Shown here: positions 29,101 to 40,091 of the stretch, in pieces
How positions within the stretch are numbered: position 1 is the stretch's first letter
How the letters are laid out: each line of letters starts with the position of its first letter
NCBI GenBank assembly: GCA_025993795.1
Contig: JAMQHL010000047.1
Span: 6,529-70,528, forward strand
Origin: Planctomycetota bacterium
Lineage (GTDB): Bacteria > Planctomycetota > UBA8742 > UBA2392
Reading direction: 5' to 3'
DNA: 64,000 bases
Program-made: the position numbers and the translations under genes
The notes under the pieces: model-generated
What the model was told of the DNA's origin: nothing
Seen by the model: the letters and a program-made list of their open reading frames with translations, nothing else
The model's database searches: none

Positions 29101-30041
29101 TCGCGCGCCTGCCGCAGTGCGGCCTGCGCGTACTCCGCTTGCCAGGATGCGCGTTCACCCTCTGGGCCCGAGCGCGCGAGCACTGCCAACGCCTCGATTG
29201 CAGGGCCAGGATTGTAGCTCGGGCCGGCCCTGAGTGCCGCGCGAGCAGCCGCTACGGCCTTTGCAGGATCGCCCTGCATGCGCGCGACCAGTGCCCACGC
29301 CCGGTGTTCGGTGTAGCGGCACTCGAGGGCCGCGGCAGACTCTGCGGCTGCGGTCGCCAGACCTACAACTCGCGCAGCGCCGTTGGCTTCATGGGCCGAT
29401 GTCAGCAGTTCAAGGGCCAGCCAAAGTCTGGCCTGCGTAGCGGCGTGCCTGAGCGCGTGTTTGTCCATATCTGCAATTGCCGCCGCGGCGCGGTCGGCGC
29501 CGGCCACGGTAGCGCCCGAGCGAAGCGAAAGCGTGGCGAGCATCCAGTCACGATGCACGTCAGGCAAATCCGCCGCATAGGCTGGATTGCGCAATGTGGC
29601 CTGTGCAAGAGCCTCGGTCGTGTCGCTGATGACTGCCGCAAGCGCAATGTCGGCCATGAGCGTTGGGTCAGGCTTGCGCTCGATGGTCTTCAGGTGGTCC
29701 CCAAGCATCCGGCAACCACGCAGGGCGTGCCAGTACGCGTCTGCCTTGGCCAGCAGCGTGATCGCGCGCTGCAGGATCTCGGGCACAAGCTTGTGGCAGG
29801 CTTGTTCGTACTCAGTCCGGTCATGCAGCCCCGCCAATGCAAGCAGGATGAATCCCTCTGCAAAACCATTCTCGCTGGCCTGCGCAATTGTCGCTCCGTG
29901 AATGTAGGCCTCGTGTGCCTGCGCGAACTTGCCCGCACTTAGAAATGCATCGCCCTGGCTGTTGAAACTCCAGGCCGCGCTTGAATCTTGTGCCTGCAGC
30001 GATGCCGCAAACAGGATCAGGAGAACCAAGGTTGTGCGCAT
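26157..30041 (-). CDS. very large secreted protein with TPR-like N-terminal half and a CARDB-like β-sandwich domain
   Basis: ATG at 30041 is preceded by a GGAGG SD and followed by a signal peptide MRTTLVLLILFAASLQAQ. The N-terminal ~700 aa are Ala/Leu-rich helical repeats. The segment LIVSVSATNLGRTVTKAGSCLVGFYVKN...ELVVMIDPFDQCAESDNENN matches the CARDB domain pattern (V.N.G...a....v.......G......v...vD....v.EsnEnNN). The ORF track begins at 30098. Confidence 0.55.
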   Translation of the reverse strand: MRTTLVLLILFAASLQAQDSSAAWSFNSQGDAFLSAGKFAQAHEAYIHGATIAQASENGFAEGFILLALAGLHDRTEYEQACHKLVPEILQRAITLLAKADAYWHALRGCRMLGDHLKTIERKPDPTLMADIALAAVISDTTEALAQATLRNPAYAADLPDVHRDWMLATLSLRSGATVAGADRAAAAIADMDKHALRHAATQARLWLALELLTSAHEANGAARVVGLATAAAESAAALECRYTEHRAWALVARMQGDPAKAVAAARAALRAGPSYNPGPAIEALAVLARSGPEGERASWQAEYAQAALRQARDCQRQMLRAVHRGDASYLPTDAIAQLRRHGGRLPALAPHLKVIDRLERRLSDALPEPTPAQRAEFRRRFENAVSEKGALRAAATLAELGGRHEVMDLLMDNLESSDPIEECAMAVQSTARVEHMPRLLKLATSKTTFVAIAASTAIFRLVHEGARPSLGDVLKSEAIAGVPRAYLLGALALAGDETGVDGLRALAAASTDADVTATAFFVLATLGDVAAGAELGRRMPMDKNHPFYAVNLARGGALHARGMFYRLRHDDITGARAKWLHRQWRGLDRNSRGWHLMYAAPRDRRDMNSLQSLDQLQWLRDTERGAWGDVLEWLIQHLMNDFPEWFADHTHVPAEKPGPLGELAKSEMDRPESSILPSADGVWLMYAVGTDKGFLSLNKKLLDTTLADNTLIVTLADNGRRIQTKANESFIRTVAAALDKMYDSAALLLPGREPMPMSIHFKGYSWDSEERPGTISEVTRIANPERWRNPEYNGHVKLVASLPEPDEGMGNTIPLEELAQAEVLVNIKLLDRTGTMRFKLSALREALAELPDLAVTSFEINPLSAKPNQMLIVSVSATNLGRTVTKAGSCLVGFYVKNPQYGKGFRMLAEQRFEAVGWRHGESKEFKLLPVVGTEHFLNRYSHTFVPEAGDTELVVMIDPFDQCAESDNENNKSSKLLNWELDGEEATKLAESDLVAALEPLLTRLRAAQDREAALAVCREFEALFERCKVNSDVTRAALDMCRRIGNGVMCDLEIAAAQKDLDDAIADGTLTESKLRLIGARLSRVQRDILDCGLPIKPSQLDTARRATLALSRSAKMTNEAADLHNIFRQPDNPAFPAGAKTFADNVSRLDNAIVLARWVNDMREKAANNPDAPKPQVKDAVDAAVGLTGLDKLLGLPKAFFGGIMNYNERNWDKVTGCLDSIGDRISDKISDRDLQQRVAGVEKGFCPAQLGQELLENAESETIKKVPVLGTIYSFCKSWFNEDKRYRRN

Positions 30042-30128
30042 AGCTGCCTCCAGGAAGATTCTGGGCAGGCTAGTATCCATCCTTAGGTCGTTCATCAAGA
30101 TTTTGTCGCGGCGCCGCTACCCGGCGCG

Positions 30129-31640
30129 TTATGGCGCGACAATGCGGCAGATATAGCCGCCGTCGTGGAAGGCCGGCACGGGCAGGATGAAGTTCTCTTC
30201 GGCTACTTCCCAGCCGGCTTTCTCGCGCGGGCCGATGAATCTGTGGACGACGTCCACGCCCTCCTCCATCAGGATGCTGCACACCGAGTAAACGATCGTG
30301 CCGCCGGGCTTCAGGTTGGCGGCTGCGTTTTCAAGAATCTTGAGTTGCAGCACCGCCAGCTCGGCCAGCGCCTTGTCGTTGATGCGGTGGCGGGCCTCGA
30401 CGCGGCGGCCCAGCACGCCGCTGTTGCTGCATGGCGCGTCGATCAGCACGCGATCAAACTGTTCCGGAAAGCGCACGTCGGCCGCGTCCGCGACCACGGT
30501 GGCAATGCTGCGGTAGCCCATGCGCGTGATGTTCTCGCGTATGCGTTCTTCTTTGGCCTGGGACTGGTCGCACGCAAGAACCCGGGCCTTGTCACCGGTC
30601 AATTCGGCCAAATGGCTTGACTTGCCCCCCGGCGCGGCGCACAGGTCCAGCAGCGTCTCGCCCGCTTCTGCCTGCAGCATCGGCGCCACTTGCTGCGCTG
30701 CGAAATCCTGCACATAGAACCCGCCGCGGGCAAAGTCCGGGTGGTCGGTGACGGACCGCACTCCGGCGGGCAGGGCCAGCGCGCCCTGATGCGGAATCAC
30801 CGCAATGCCCTGGGCCGTCCACCAGTGCGGCAGGTGAAACGCCTCTGCAAACAGCGCGTTCGGCCGAATCCAGATCATCGGGCGCTCAATGCATGCAAGC
30901 GCCGCCTGGATGGCAGCCTGCGGGCCGTGCTGATCAATCAGCTGATCAACCAGCACTCGCGGAATGCTTGCGACGACAGAAAGGTGCGCCGGCAGGTCTG
31001 CGACCGGGTCAGGCAGAATCGCGCGCTCGCCGATAAGCATGCGGCCCGCGCCCAGCCGGCAGCGGTCGGTCCACAGGGGTAGCTGTTCGTGGCGTTCGGC
31101 AGCGCTGCGATAGTCCTGGGGCCCGGAGTTCTCGATGCGAATGAAACCTGACAGCTTGCGGGCACACGCATTCACGAACCCGCGTCCCGCATGCCTGGGC
31201 GTCAGCAGATCGACGGCGGCGTTGCCATGGGCATACGCTGCCTTGGGGTCGTGAATCAGCCACGCCAGAAACATGTGCATGGCAGCGCGCACGTCGCGGT
31301 CAAGCTCGGCCACAGGGCGCGAAGCCACATGCGAAATCATGTAGTCAAACAGAATCGAGAATCGCACAGCATCTTCGACTTGCGGCAACACGCGCGAGGC
31401 CAGTGCCGGGTCCGCTCCGTGGTGGCGCAATGTGCCGAAGACTGCAGGCTCAATGCGCTCCCCGGGCTCGAGGCGGCGCAAGCTGTCGTAGGCGGCTTTG
31501 CGCGGGTCAAGCGCGTGTGGTGTGCGCGGGTGTGGCTTCGCGCGTTCGGCACCGCGATTGGGCTTGCCGCCGCCGCGGCCCCACTGGTTGCGAGCGGGGT
31601 TGGGTCCGGGCTGACGGGCGCGTCCACGAGGTCGGTCCAT
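30129..31640 (-). CDS. rsmB: 16S rRNA (cytosine-C5)-methyltransferase RsmB/Sun family
   Basis: SAM-MTase motifs DLCAAPGGKS, LIDAPCSNSGVLGRR and GGTIVYSVCSI (catalytic Cys pair). The N-terminal NusB-like region has an Arg/Gly-rich extension. Confidence 0.75.
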   Translation of the reverse strand: MDRPRGRARQPGPNPARNQWGRGGGKPNRGAERAKPHPRTPHALDPRKAAYDSLRRLEPGERIEPAVFGTLRHHGADPALASRVLPQVEDAVRFSILFDYMISHVASRPVAELDRDVRAAMHMFLAWLIHDPKAAYAHGNAAVDLLTPRHAGRGFVNACARKLSGFIRIENSGPQDYRSAAERHEQLPLWTDRCRLGAGRMLIGERAILPDPVADLPAHLSVVASIPRVLVDQLIDQHGPQAAIQAALACIERPMIWIRPNALFAEAFHLPHWWTAQGIAVIPHQGALALPAGVRSVTDHPDFARGGFYVQDFAAQQVAPMLQAEAGETLLDLCAAPGGKSSHLAELTGDKARVLACDQSQAKEERIRENITRMGYRSIATVVADAADVRFPEQFDRVLIDAPCSNSGVLGRRVEARHRINDKALAELAVLQLKILENAAANLKPGGTIVYSVCSILMEEGVDVVHRFIGPREKAGWEVAEENFILPVPAFHDGGYICRIVAP

Positions 31641-31842
31641 TATGTCGCGTTAGTAACGGTTGGCGGGTTCAACGTCTACGCCCGGCCAATCCGGGATTGC
31701 GGAATTCTGGTCCGTCGAGCGGTGATTCGGCCGTGGGCCGTGCCATTGCCGCACGGTGTGACCATGCTACGCTCATGCCCCAATTCTCCGGCGAAAGCGC
31801 CGGGCACGTTGTTTGTAGGTGTGACGCGGACAGGGCTTACGC

Positions 31843-34173
31843 ATGCAGCGCATATTGATCCTTGCACTCCTTTCCTCTGCTTCGGTCCTCTACGCCGGCG
31901 ACTTTGAAGCCGACGTCAAAGATCTCGGTGACACCATCAAGCGCTCAGCAGCGATTGAGCGGCTTGCCAAGGGCGGCGCCGATGCATTTGACGACCTGCT
32001 CGACGGCTTGAAGCAGGACCCCGATGCAGCGGGCATCAACGCCGAAGAAAAGGCGGCCCGCAGCACCCGGCGGCTTGAATGCGCACGGCTGCTGGGCGCC
32101 CTGGGCGACACTCGCGCCGGCGCGACACTGAACGAACTGCTCAAGGCCAATGCAGTCGAGAAGTCCAACTACCCGCTGCTTGCCGGCGCCAGCGCATCGG
32201 CGCTGGGGCGTATCTACAGCGATGAGCCGGCCTCGCCTGAACGCGGCGAGCTGGTCAATGAGCTCAAGCGCATTTCGGCAACGGAGACCATGGACGCCCG
32301 CATTCGCTGGGGTGCACTGCACGGGCTGGCTTCGCTGCGCGACGGGGCAGACGTTGCCGCGCCGATTCTGGCCGACGCCGCAAAGCCCGTGCTGCTGCGT
32401 GTCGCTGCCATCGGCGTTCTGACGGCGACCCGACACACAGCCAGTGCGGACACGCTTCTCGACATATGGGAAACACAGCGCCTGGGTGCCAAAGACGCCG
32501 AGGGCAAACGGGCAGGCGCGCTCGCCAAAGACTACGGCAACCCGCTGGGCCTGACAGCCTTGTTCGGTCTGGCAGAACTGGCCGATCAGCGTGCCGTGCC
32601 GGGCCTGGTAGAAGTTGCGACCATGAGCGAATTTGCCGGGCTGGTTTCCCTGCGCGGCCAGTCGATTCGCCTGATGCAGCGCGATGCCATCAAGCAGATT
32701 TCGCTCGACGCATTGATTGCCGTATTCAAGGACGAAACCCGGACAGTGCAGCACCAGCGCGCGGCCCAGACATTGGGCGAGTTCGGCGCGGCGGGCGTGA
32801 CGGCATTTCTGGCAGTTGCGGACTCAACGGTGCCCGAGGGCAAGGCCGCAACGTACTGGAGCGACCTGGTTGACCGCCATCTTGCAAGCCTGAACAGTGA
32901 AGACGCGCTCAAGGCCTTCGTGGCGGCGTATCGCACGCTTGGCTCGACCGAAGAAAAGGACAAGAAGCTGCGCGGCAAGGTCATTGACCACCTGTTGAAC
33001 TACCGCACCAGCCTGAAAACTGAAGGCATCAACCTGGTCAAGGAAGCGGCGGACGATCCGACTCTGGACGTGCCCAAGCGCGCCCAGTGCATCAACGCCT
33101 ATGCTGAAAGCCGCGGCAAAGACAGTTTTGCCGACCTTGAGCGCTGGGTGAAAAGCGAAGATGGCGTGATTCGCGCGCAGGCAGTGCAGAACCTTGGTCG
33201 CAGCTACATCCCGTTAAAGAAGTCAAAGGATCTGCTGGTGGCCGCGGCCAAGTCCGCAGGCCCCGAGTTCGCCAAAGCCCGCCAGAATGCCCTGCAGGGC
33301 CTGCAGCGCAGCGACGACAAAGAACTGCTGCCCCTGTTTCTCGATGCACTGAGCCCCGAGAAAGAGCCCGACGCTGAAGTCCGCAACGCCGCACTTAGCG
33401 CCATCGATACGTACCGGCGCAGCGCCCGCATCAAGGATGAAGACGTATTCCCGGCGATCAAGGCGCGGCTTGGTGACCCTGACGCCAATGTGCGCGCGGC
33501 GGCCATCAAGTTTGGCGTGATCACGGCGCAGCGCATGGGCGAGAACAAGCAGTCAGTCGAAATGGTGGAGCGCGCGTTAACCGACGGCGCTGAAGAGGTT
33601 CGCAGCGCGGCCTACGCGCAGGTAACGATGGTTGCCACCGACATCGACGCCAACAAGGTCGTCGATGCCGCGCTGAAAGAGGAAAGCCAGAAAATGCAGG
33701 GCGAAGCTGTGCGCGCGCTGGGCCGCCTGACCGCATGGGGAGAAACCGACAAACGCCGCAAGGTGCTCGACCTTGCGCTGGGCATGCTTGCAAACGCCAG
33801 CAGCGAGTACGACGCGGCCGAGTTGATCAAGAAAGTGGCCGTCAACGACGGGGCAAACTTCAACTACACCTCCGGCGAGATCCGCAAGCGTATGGACGCT
33901 CTGACCACGGGCGCAGTCAAGGAACACCACCGTGTGCCGCTGCTGATTGACGTGCTGATCGCGATCAAGGACGACGGGTATGCCAAGCGCATACAGGAAC
34001 TGGCCGAAGAGCCGAACGTGCAGTTGCGCCGCAAGTGCGTGGACTACATCGTAGCGTTTGGGGTAAAGCGCGACGTGGACTGGTTGCGCAAGCTGCGGGA
34101 CCGGACCGACAGCACAGCCGAGCCCGTCCGAAGCCATATAGACGAGGCAATCCGCAAGCTGGAAGAGCGCTAG
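31843..34173 (+). CDS. secreted HEAT/PBS-lyase-like repeat protein (776 aa)
   Basis: Signal peptide MQRILILALLSSASVLYA. Recurrent ~30-aa helical repeats of the form AR..AA.aLG.lgD..A...L...L.D, which is the HEAT/PBS lyase pattern. Confidence 0.55.
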   Translation: MQRILILALLSSASVLYAGDFEADVKDLGDTIKRSAAIERLAKGGADAFDDLLDGLKQDPDAAGINAEEKAARSTRRLECARLLGALGDTRAGATLNELLKANAVEKSNYPLLAGASASALGRIYSDEPASPERGELVNELKRISATETMDARIRWGALHGLASLRDGADVAAPILADAAKPVLLRVAAIGVLTATRHTASADTLLDIWETQRLGAKDAEGKRAGALAKDYGNPLGLTALFGLAELADQRAVPGLVEVATMSEFAGLVSLRGQSIRLMQRDAIKQISLDALIAVFKDETRTVQHQRAAQTLGEFGAAGVTAFLAVADSTVPEGKAATYWSDLVDRHLASLNSEDALKAFVAAYRTLGSTEEKDKKLRGKVIDHLLNYRTSLKTEGINLVKEAADDPTLDVPKRAQCINAYAESRGKDSFADLERWVKSEDGVIRAQAVQNLGRSYIPLKKSKDLLVAAAKSAGPEFAKARQNALQGLQRSDDKELLPLFLDALSPEKEPDAEVRNAALSAIDTYRRSARIKDEDVFPAIKARLGDPDANVRAAAIKFGVITAQRMGENKQSVEMVERALTDGAEEVRSAAYAQVTMVATDIDANKVVDAALKEESQKMQGEAVRALGRLTAWGETDKRRKVLDLALGMLANASSEYDAAELIKKVAVNDGANFNYTSGEIRKRMDALTTGAVKEHHRVPLLIDVLIAIKDDGYAKRIQELAEEPNVQLRRKCVDYIVAFGVKRDVDWLRKLRDRTDSTAEPVRSHIDEAIRKLEER

Positions 34174-34350
34174 TTCGGATCAGCGAACGGGTTACAGAGA
34201 AATACTGGACCCCGGGGTGCGCGTGTGCGTAGATATAGAGGTGGGATTGGCACTCAGGGACAGTTACACCGTGGCCCGTATCTGGTTGGCTGAACCGGCA
34301 GGCACCATGCATGATTCCCTGAACTCCGAACCCAGCCGCGGAGACGTCCG

Positions 34351-36873
34351 GTGAGAACGCACATACTTCTGACCATCACGGCCTGCGCTGTGCTGCTTTC
34401 GGTGCAGAACCCCGCTGAGCTGGCGTTGCAGGCCCAGAAGCCTGAAGATTCACTCGTCACGAACCCTGACCTGACGCTGCCGCCCAATCGCATTGACCCC
34501 AACGTGCAGTACTCCGTGCGCGAGGCGCGCAACCGTGAACTTGAGGCGATCGCGCTTGAGCGCAAGGGCCAGAAGAACGAGGCGCTTGAGAAGTGGCGAG
34601 ACGCCATGGCCCGCTATGAGAGCCTGCGTAAAGACAAGCTGCTGCCTGATATGCCGTTGAACAGCGAACTGCTCGTGCGCGCCGAGTGGCAAGGCGGCGA
34701 GCACGTCTACGCCGAGACCTGGATTCCGCTTGCCGACTACATCAATTCGCGATACCGCATTCGTGACTGGCCCCGGCCCCTGCGCGATCAGTTGAGCATG
34801 CGCCAGGCGGCCCCGGGCGCGGAGCTGCTGCGTTCCGCCTTGGCAGCCGGCAACGAGGCGATGCTGGCCCGCTGCGCCCGTTTCTACCAGTTCAGTCATA
34901 GCGGCCGCACCGCGTTGCGCATGCTGGCCGAAACTGCGCTTGAGCGTGGCGATGCCGTGTTGGCTGTGCGCTGGTTGCATGAGCTGCAGGAAAGCTGGTC
35001 CGAGTACTATGAGCGCGAGCCCGCGTTGCAGGTGCTGTACGTGCGCGCCTGCCGCGATGCGGGCATGAACTATCGCTTGGGCAAAGAGCTTCGACGCCGC
35101 GAGCGCGACAGCGCATCGGGCACAGTGGATGTCGGCGGCGTGAAGGTTGAAAGCAGCGCAGCAGTCAAAGAGCTGACCACCAGCCCCGCCCCCCAGGAGC
35201 GCCCTGAACTGCGCCGCAACGGGTGGCCGACGCTGCACGGCAATGGTGCCCGCAATGGTGTGGCGCCGCCGGTGATCGGCATCGGCGAAATGATTGACCT
35301 GGATGCGGTTGACGGTGTGCAGGGCTCACAGATTGCCAAGAATATTCCGGGCGTTGATGAGCAACGCGACCAGTATAACACCGAAGAGCGCAAGCCCGTG
35401 CCCGTGCCCTTTCCTACCGTACACGAGTCAGGTTTCTTCATCCACAAGATCGACGAGTTACAGGGCGGCGACGAAAAGCTGCTCTGGTTCCGGCATGGGC
35501 GCGAAGCCAACCCCGTCACGCTGGAGGTGCCCAAGGGCGTGCGCTACACGGTCAAGACGACTGAAAACCGGCGCTACTACTACGGTGGCCGTGAGCAGGA
35601 ACGCCTGAGGTATCGCGTGCTTGGCAGCAGCATCGGGCGCCTGCACTGGGAGCTTGACCAGCGCGAGAGTGACGTGCTGTTTGCAGTCATGGGCCCCGGC
35701 AGCGCAAGCCGCGAAAAAGGCGCCGAGCCCAGCGGCAACCAGATCCAGTCATGGGACCTGACCGACGACGCCAAGCTGCGGGTCACCCTGCCCAACAAGA
35801 AGGTCGAAAGCGACGAGGACTACAAGTTCTTGCAGCACGTTGTCTTCAAGGGCGCTCCGTTGATCCGCGGTAACCGGCTTTATATTGCAGGGGCTGTGAC
35901 AGAGAAGGATTCGGTGGAGGCCTGGATGTTCTGCTTCGATGTGACGCCCAAAGGCGACGCAGCCGCAGGCGAAGGCAAGTTACAGTGGCGAGCACACCTG
36001 TGCTCGCGCCGCCAGGAAAGCCAGCCCTGGAGCTGGGGCGCTGAGCCGGTGACCGTCCCTGAAATCAGCGCGCCCGCAGAGCAAGGGGGCATGCTGTACG
36101 TCTCAACGCACAGCGGGGCCACGGCGGCAGTGGACCGCATCACCGGCGAAGTCTGCTGGGTCTCGCGCTACGGCCGCGTCAAGTCGTCGATCGTCAACGG
36201 GTGGTTCCCCAGCCCGCCGATTGCCGCCGAGGGCATGGTCGTGACCACACCATATGACTTTGACCTGGCGCTGATCCTCGATGCCGTGTCCGGCACCCAC
36301 ATGATGGAGTACCCGATGTTCCGCAAGGGACTCAGCGACGAGTACGAACATGTCCTTGGGGTGGTGGACAACCGCATGATCATCCAGGGTCGCACCCGGG
36401 TATACTCGGTCGGTTTGACAGACTTCCGGAAAGGCGGCGAGCGGGCAGCCGACTTCGGCCAACTGAACTACCAGACCGCCGACTATGGCAAACAGCCAAT
36501 CGGGCGTGGCGTGATCGCGGGCAACCGGGTGCTGATCCCGTTTGAAGGCGAGGTTGCGTTCTATGACGTGAACAGCGGCAAGCTGCTTACGCAAAGCCGC
36601 CTCAGCGGCGTAAGCTCTGACAAGGTGCCGTTGGCGATCACGGTGTACTGCCGCGGCGAGGCGTACAAGGACGAACAGGGAATCGTACGCTACAAGCCCG
36701 TGACGGTCACTGACCCGGACACCGGCAACGTGTACAACGTTGAGCACATGCGTAACGGGGACACCTACAAGTTTCCGTCAGGCAAAGTTGCGACGGTGAA
36801 GAAAGAGACATTCCTGATTCTTGCGTCGGCCCGTTGGGTCTACGCGTTCAAGGCACTAGACGGCGGCAAGTAA
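34351..36873 (+). CDS. secreted TPR + PQQ-like β-propeller protein (840 aa)
   Basis: Signal peptide, then helical TPR-like N-terminus, then a C-terminal half with repeated W/G-rich blades (WPTLHGNGARNG; GMLYVSTHSGATAAVDRITGEVCW; GNRVLIPFEGEVAFYDVNSGKLL) typical of BamB/PQQ-like propellers. Confidence 0.5.
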   Translation: MRTHILLTITACAVLLSVQNPAELALQAQKPEDSLVTNPDLTLPPNRIDPNVQYSVREARNRELEAIALERKGQKNEALEKWRDAMARYESLRKDKLLPDMPLNSELLVRAEWQGGEHVYAETWIPLADYINSRYRIRDWPRPLRDQLSMRQAAPGAELLRSALAAGNEAMLARCARFYQFSHSGRTALRMLAETALERGDAVLAVRWLHELQESWSEYYEREPALQVLYVRACRDAGMNYRLGKELRRRERDSASGTVDVGGVKVESSAAVKELTTSPAPQERPELRRNGWPTLHGNGARNGVAPPVIGIGEMIDLDAVDGVQGSQIAKNIPGVDEQRDQYNTEERKPVPVPFPTVHESGFFIHKIDELQGGDEKLLWFRHGREANPVTLEVPKGVRYTVKTTENRRYYYGGREQERLRYRVLGSSIGRLHWELDQRESDVLFAVMGPGSASREKGAEPSGNQIQSWDLTDDAKLRVTLPNKKVESDEDYKFLQHVVFKGAPLIRGNRLYIAGAVTEKDSVEAWMFCFDVTPKGDAAAGEGKLQWRAHLCSRRQESQPWSWGAEPVTVPEISAPAEQGGMLYVSTHSGATAAVDRITGEVCWVSRYGRVKSSIVNGWFPSPPIAAEGMVVTTPYDFDLALILDAVSGTHMMEYPMFRKGLSDEYEHVLGVVDNRMIIQGRTRVYSVGLTDFRKGGERAADFGQLNYQTADYGKQPIGRGVIAGNRVLIPFEGEVAFYDVNSGKLLTQSRLSGVSSDKVPLAITVYCRGEAYKDEQGIVRYKPVTVTDPDTGNVYNVEHMRNGDTYKFPSGKVATVKKETFLILASARWVYAFKALDGGK

Positions 36874-36906
36874 CTTCGGGCGCGCCCCGAACATCGAAAG
36901 GCAACC

Positions 36907-37959
<1,053 letters not shown>

Positions 37960-38042
37960 TCTGACACGCTGGTCCGATTCGCCCGGAAACTTTCCGATCA
38001 CTCCTGCCCCCCGGCTTTGCCGCCGGGACTGACGTTCACGAA

Positions 38043-39161
38043 ATGACCGAAGAGCCCGAAAGCAAGGAAGAAGCGCTTCAGCGCCGCAAGGAAGAGCTCG
38101 AGGACGAGCTTGAGGCCTACGCGCAGGCAGGCGTCTCAAGCCCCAACCTGCTCAAGACCGCGCGCTGGGTCTCGCGCGCGATGTACCTTGGCATGGCGGC
38201 GCTCGCGGCGTACCTGCTGTTCAGCGGCTGGGGCAGCGTCAGCAAATCGCAGTACAACGAAGCCATTGAGCGAGCCCAGGAGTTCAAAGCCAAGCTTGAT
38301 GAGACCCGCAGGGAACGCGACGACCTGGCCTCCAGGGCCGGAATCAACGAAGCCAAGGCCATCCTGAGCGCCAACGAACTTGAGGCTGAACGCACCGGCG
38401 CACCCGCCGCCGACCGGGCAACCCAAACCGCCGGCGCAATCGTTGACCGCGCCTGGGGCGAGAAGGCCTATGCTGCCCACTGGCGCGAAAAGCTGAGCGG
38501 TGTTCAGCCCGATGCCCACGGCGTTGACCCGGTGGAAGGTGTGAAGGAACTGCTGAGACAGGCCGCCGTTTCGCCGGCGGGCATGCAATTCGAGTTGCTG
38601 CGTGAAACCGTAGACTTCGGGGCACCTGCATGCGCCGAGGGTGCAAAGGCGCTGCTGGAGGATTCGTCGCCTGCCGTGCGCTCAGTTGCGGGTGCATTGC
38701 TCGGTCGTACACAGGCGGATGGTGCGGCTGAGATGCTGGCGGCCAAGGCCAAGTCTGAGCGCGACCCGAAGGCGCATCGCCGGCTGTGGTTTGCATGGTC
38801 GTTGCTTTCGCTGCGCGCCCCGGAGTCGGGCGTGTGGACGCCGGAGGCGTGGGTCGGCTATACAGTCAGGGCCGCCGACCCGACGCTGGACGACTTGCTT
38901 GATGCGTACAACAAGGCCCCCGCAGAGCGGAAACTGGACCTGTTCGCACTGCTGGCAGCAGCAGCGGGCAAGGGCTATGCCAGGCAGATGAACGACGTCG
39001 CGACGTCGCAGCAGCGCAGCACCGCCGAGCGAATCATCGCTGTGCGCTGGTTTGGGGATCGTAAAGAAGAAAGTGGCCGCGGCATGTTGAAAAGCATCAG
39101 CGAGGGCAAAGGTCCCGTCGCGATGGAAGCAGCCAGGGCACTGGACAAACTCGGGGGCTAG
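38043..39161 (+). CDS. membrane-anchored HEAT-repeat protein
   Basis: Acidic N-terminus, one TM (AMYLGMAALAAYLLFSGW), then HEAT/PBS-lyase-like repeats (SPAVRSVAGALLGR...; RIIAVRWFGDR...MEAARALDKLG). Confidence 0.45.
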   Translation: MTEEPESKEEALQRRKEELEDELEAYAQAGVSSPNLLKTARWVSRAMYLGMAALAAYLLFSGWGSVSKSQYNEAIERAQEFKAKLDETRRERDDLASRAGINEAKAILSANELEAERTGAPAADRATQTAGAIVDRAWGEKAYAAHWREKLSGVQPDAHGVDPVEGVKELLRQAAVSPAGMQFELLRETVDFGAPACAEGAKALLEDSSPAVRSVAGALLGRTQADGAAEMLAAKAKSERDPKAHRRLWFAWSLLSLRAPESGVWTPEAWVGYTVRAADPTLDDLLDAYNKAPAERKLDLFALLAAAAGKGYARQMNDVATSQQRSTAERIIAVRWFGDRKEESGRGMLKSISEGKGPVAMEAARALDKLGG

Positions 39162-39183
39162 GCAAAGAAGTAGCGCGCGCACT

Positions 39184-40086
39184 ATGGCACAGGCCTACCA
39201 GAAGTATCTCGACCCGGAAGTGCTGAACCAGATTCGGCACTTGGAAGTGACCGCACGCAATGTGGTCGAGGGTTTTCTCGCGGGCCTGCACAAGTCGCCG
39301 TACAAGGGCTTCAGCGTTGAGTTCGCGCAGCACCGGGAGTACGTGCCCGGCGACGACCTGCGCTATCTGGACTGGAAAGCCTACGCCAAGTCCGACAAGT
39401 ACTACATCAAAGAGTACGAAGAAGAGACCAACTTCCGCGCCGTGGTCGTGCTGGACACCAGCGAAAGCATGCGCTACCAGTCCGGCGAGCTGAAAAGCAA
39501 GCTCGACTATGGCCGCTACATGGCTGCCAGCCTGGCCTACCTTGTCCAGAAGCAGAGCGACGCGGCTGGCCTGGCGCTGTTTGATGAGAAACTCTACGAC
39601 TGGGTGCCGCCGGCAACTTCGCAGATGACGCTGATGCGCATGCTGGCAAGCATGCATGAACGCGTGCCCCAGAAGAAAACCAACATCGGCGACGTCCTGG
39701 TTGATGTGGCTCAGCGCAGCGGCCGGCGCAGCCTGGTCATGGTGATCAGCGACCTCTTCGACAAGGTAGAGCATCTCAAGCGCGGGCTGGAACACCTGGC
39801 CGCCCGCAAACATGACGTGATCGTCTTCAACCTGATGGACCCGCAAGAGCGCCAGTTCACATTCGACCGGCTGACGCAGTTTATCGGGCTTGAAGAGTAT
39901 CCGGACTTGCTGGTGGACCCGCGAACGCTTCGCAAAGCCTACCTGGAAGAAGTAGAGCATTTCACAACGAGTGTGCGGCGTGCCTGCCTGCGCGCACGAA
40001 GCGACTATGTGGCGATTGATACTGCGATGCCGCTGGATGTGGCATTGCAGGCGTATCTGGCCAAGCGTTCAGGAAGAAGGGGATAG
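39184..40086 (+). CDS. DUF58-family protein (MoxR-associated, vWA-like)
   Basis: The sequence KGFSVEFAQHREYVPGDDLRYLDWKAYAKSDKYYIKEYEEE matches the DUF58 signature (G.s.eF...R.Y..GDd.R.IdW...ar.....vk.yeee). Sits directly after moxR. Confidence 0.8.
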   Translation: MAQAYQKYLDPEVLNQIRHLEVTARNVVEGFLAGLHKSPYKGFSVEFAQHREYVPGDDLRYLDWKAYAKSDKYYIKEYEEETNFRAVVVLDTSESMRYQSGELKSKLDYGRYMAASLAYLVQKQSDAAGLALFDEKLYDWVPPATSQMTLMRMLASMHERVPQKKTNIGDVLVDVAQRSGRRSLVMVISDLFDKVEHLKRGLEHLAARKHDVIVFNLMDPQERQFTFDRLTQFIGLEEYPDLLVDPRTLRKAYLEEVEHFTTSVRRACLRARSDYVAIDTAMPLDVALQAYLAKRSGRRG

Positions 40087-40091
40087 CAGCT

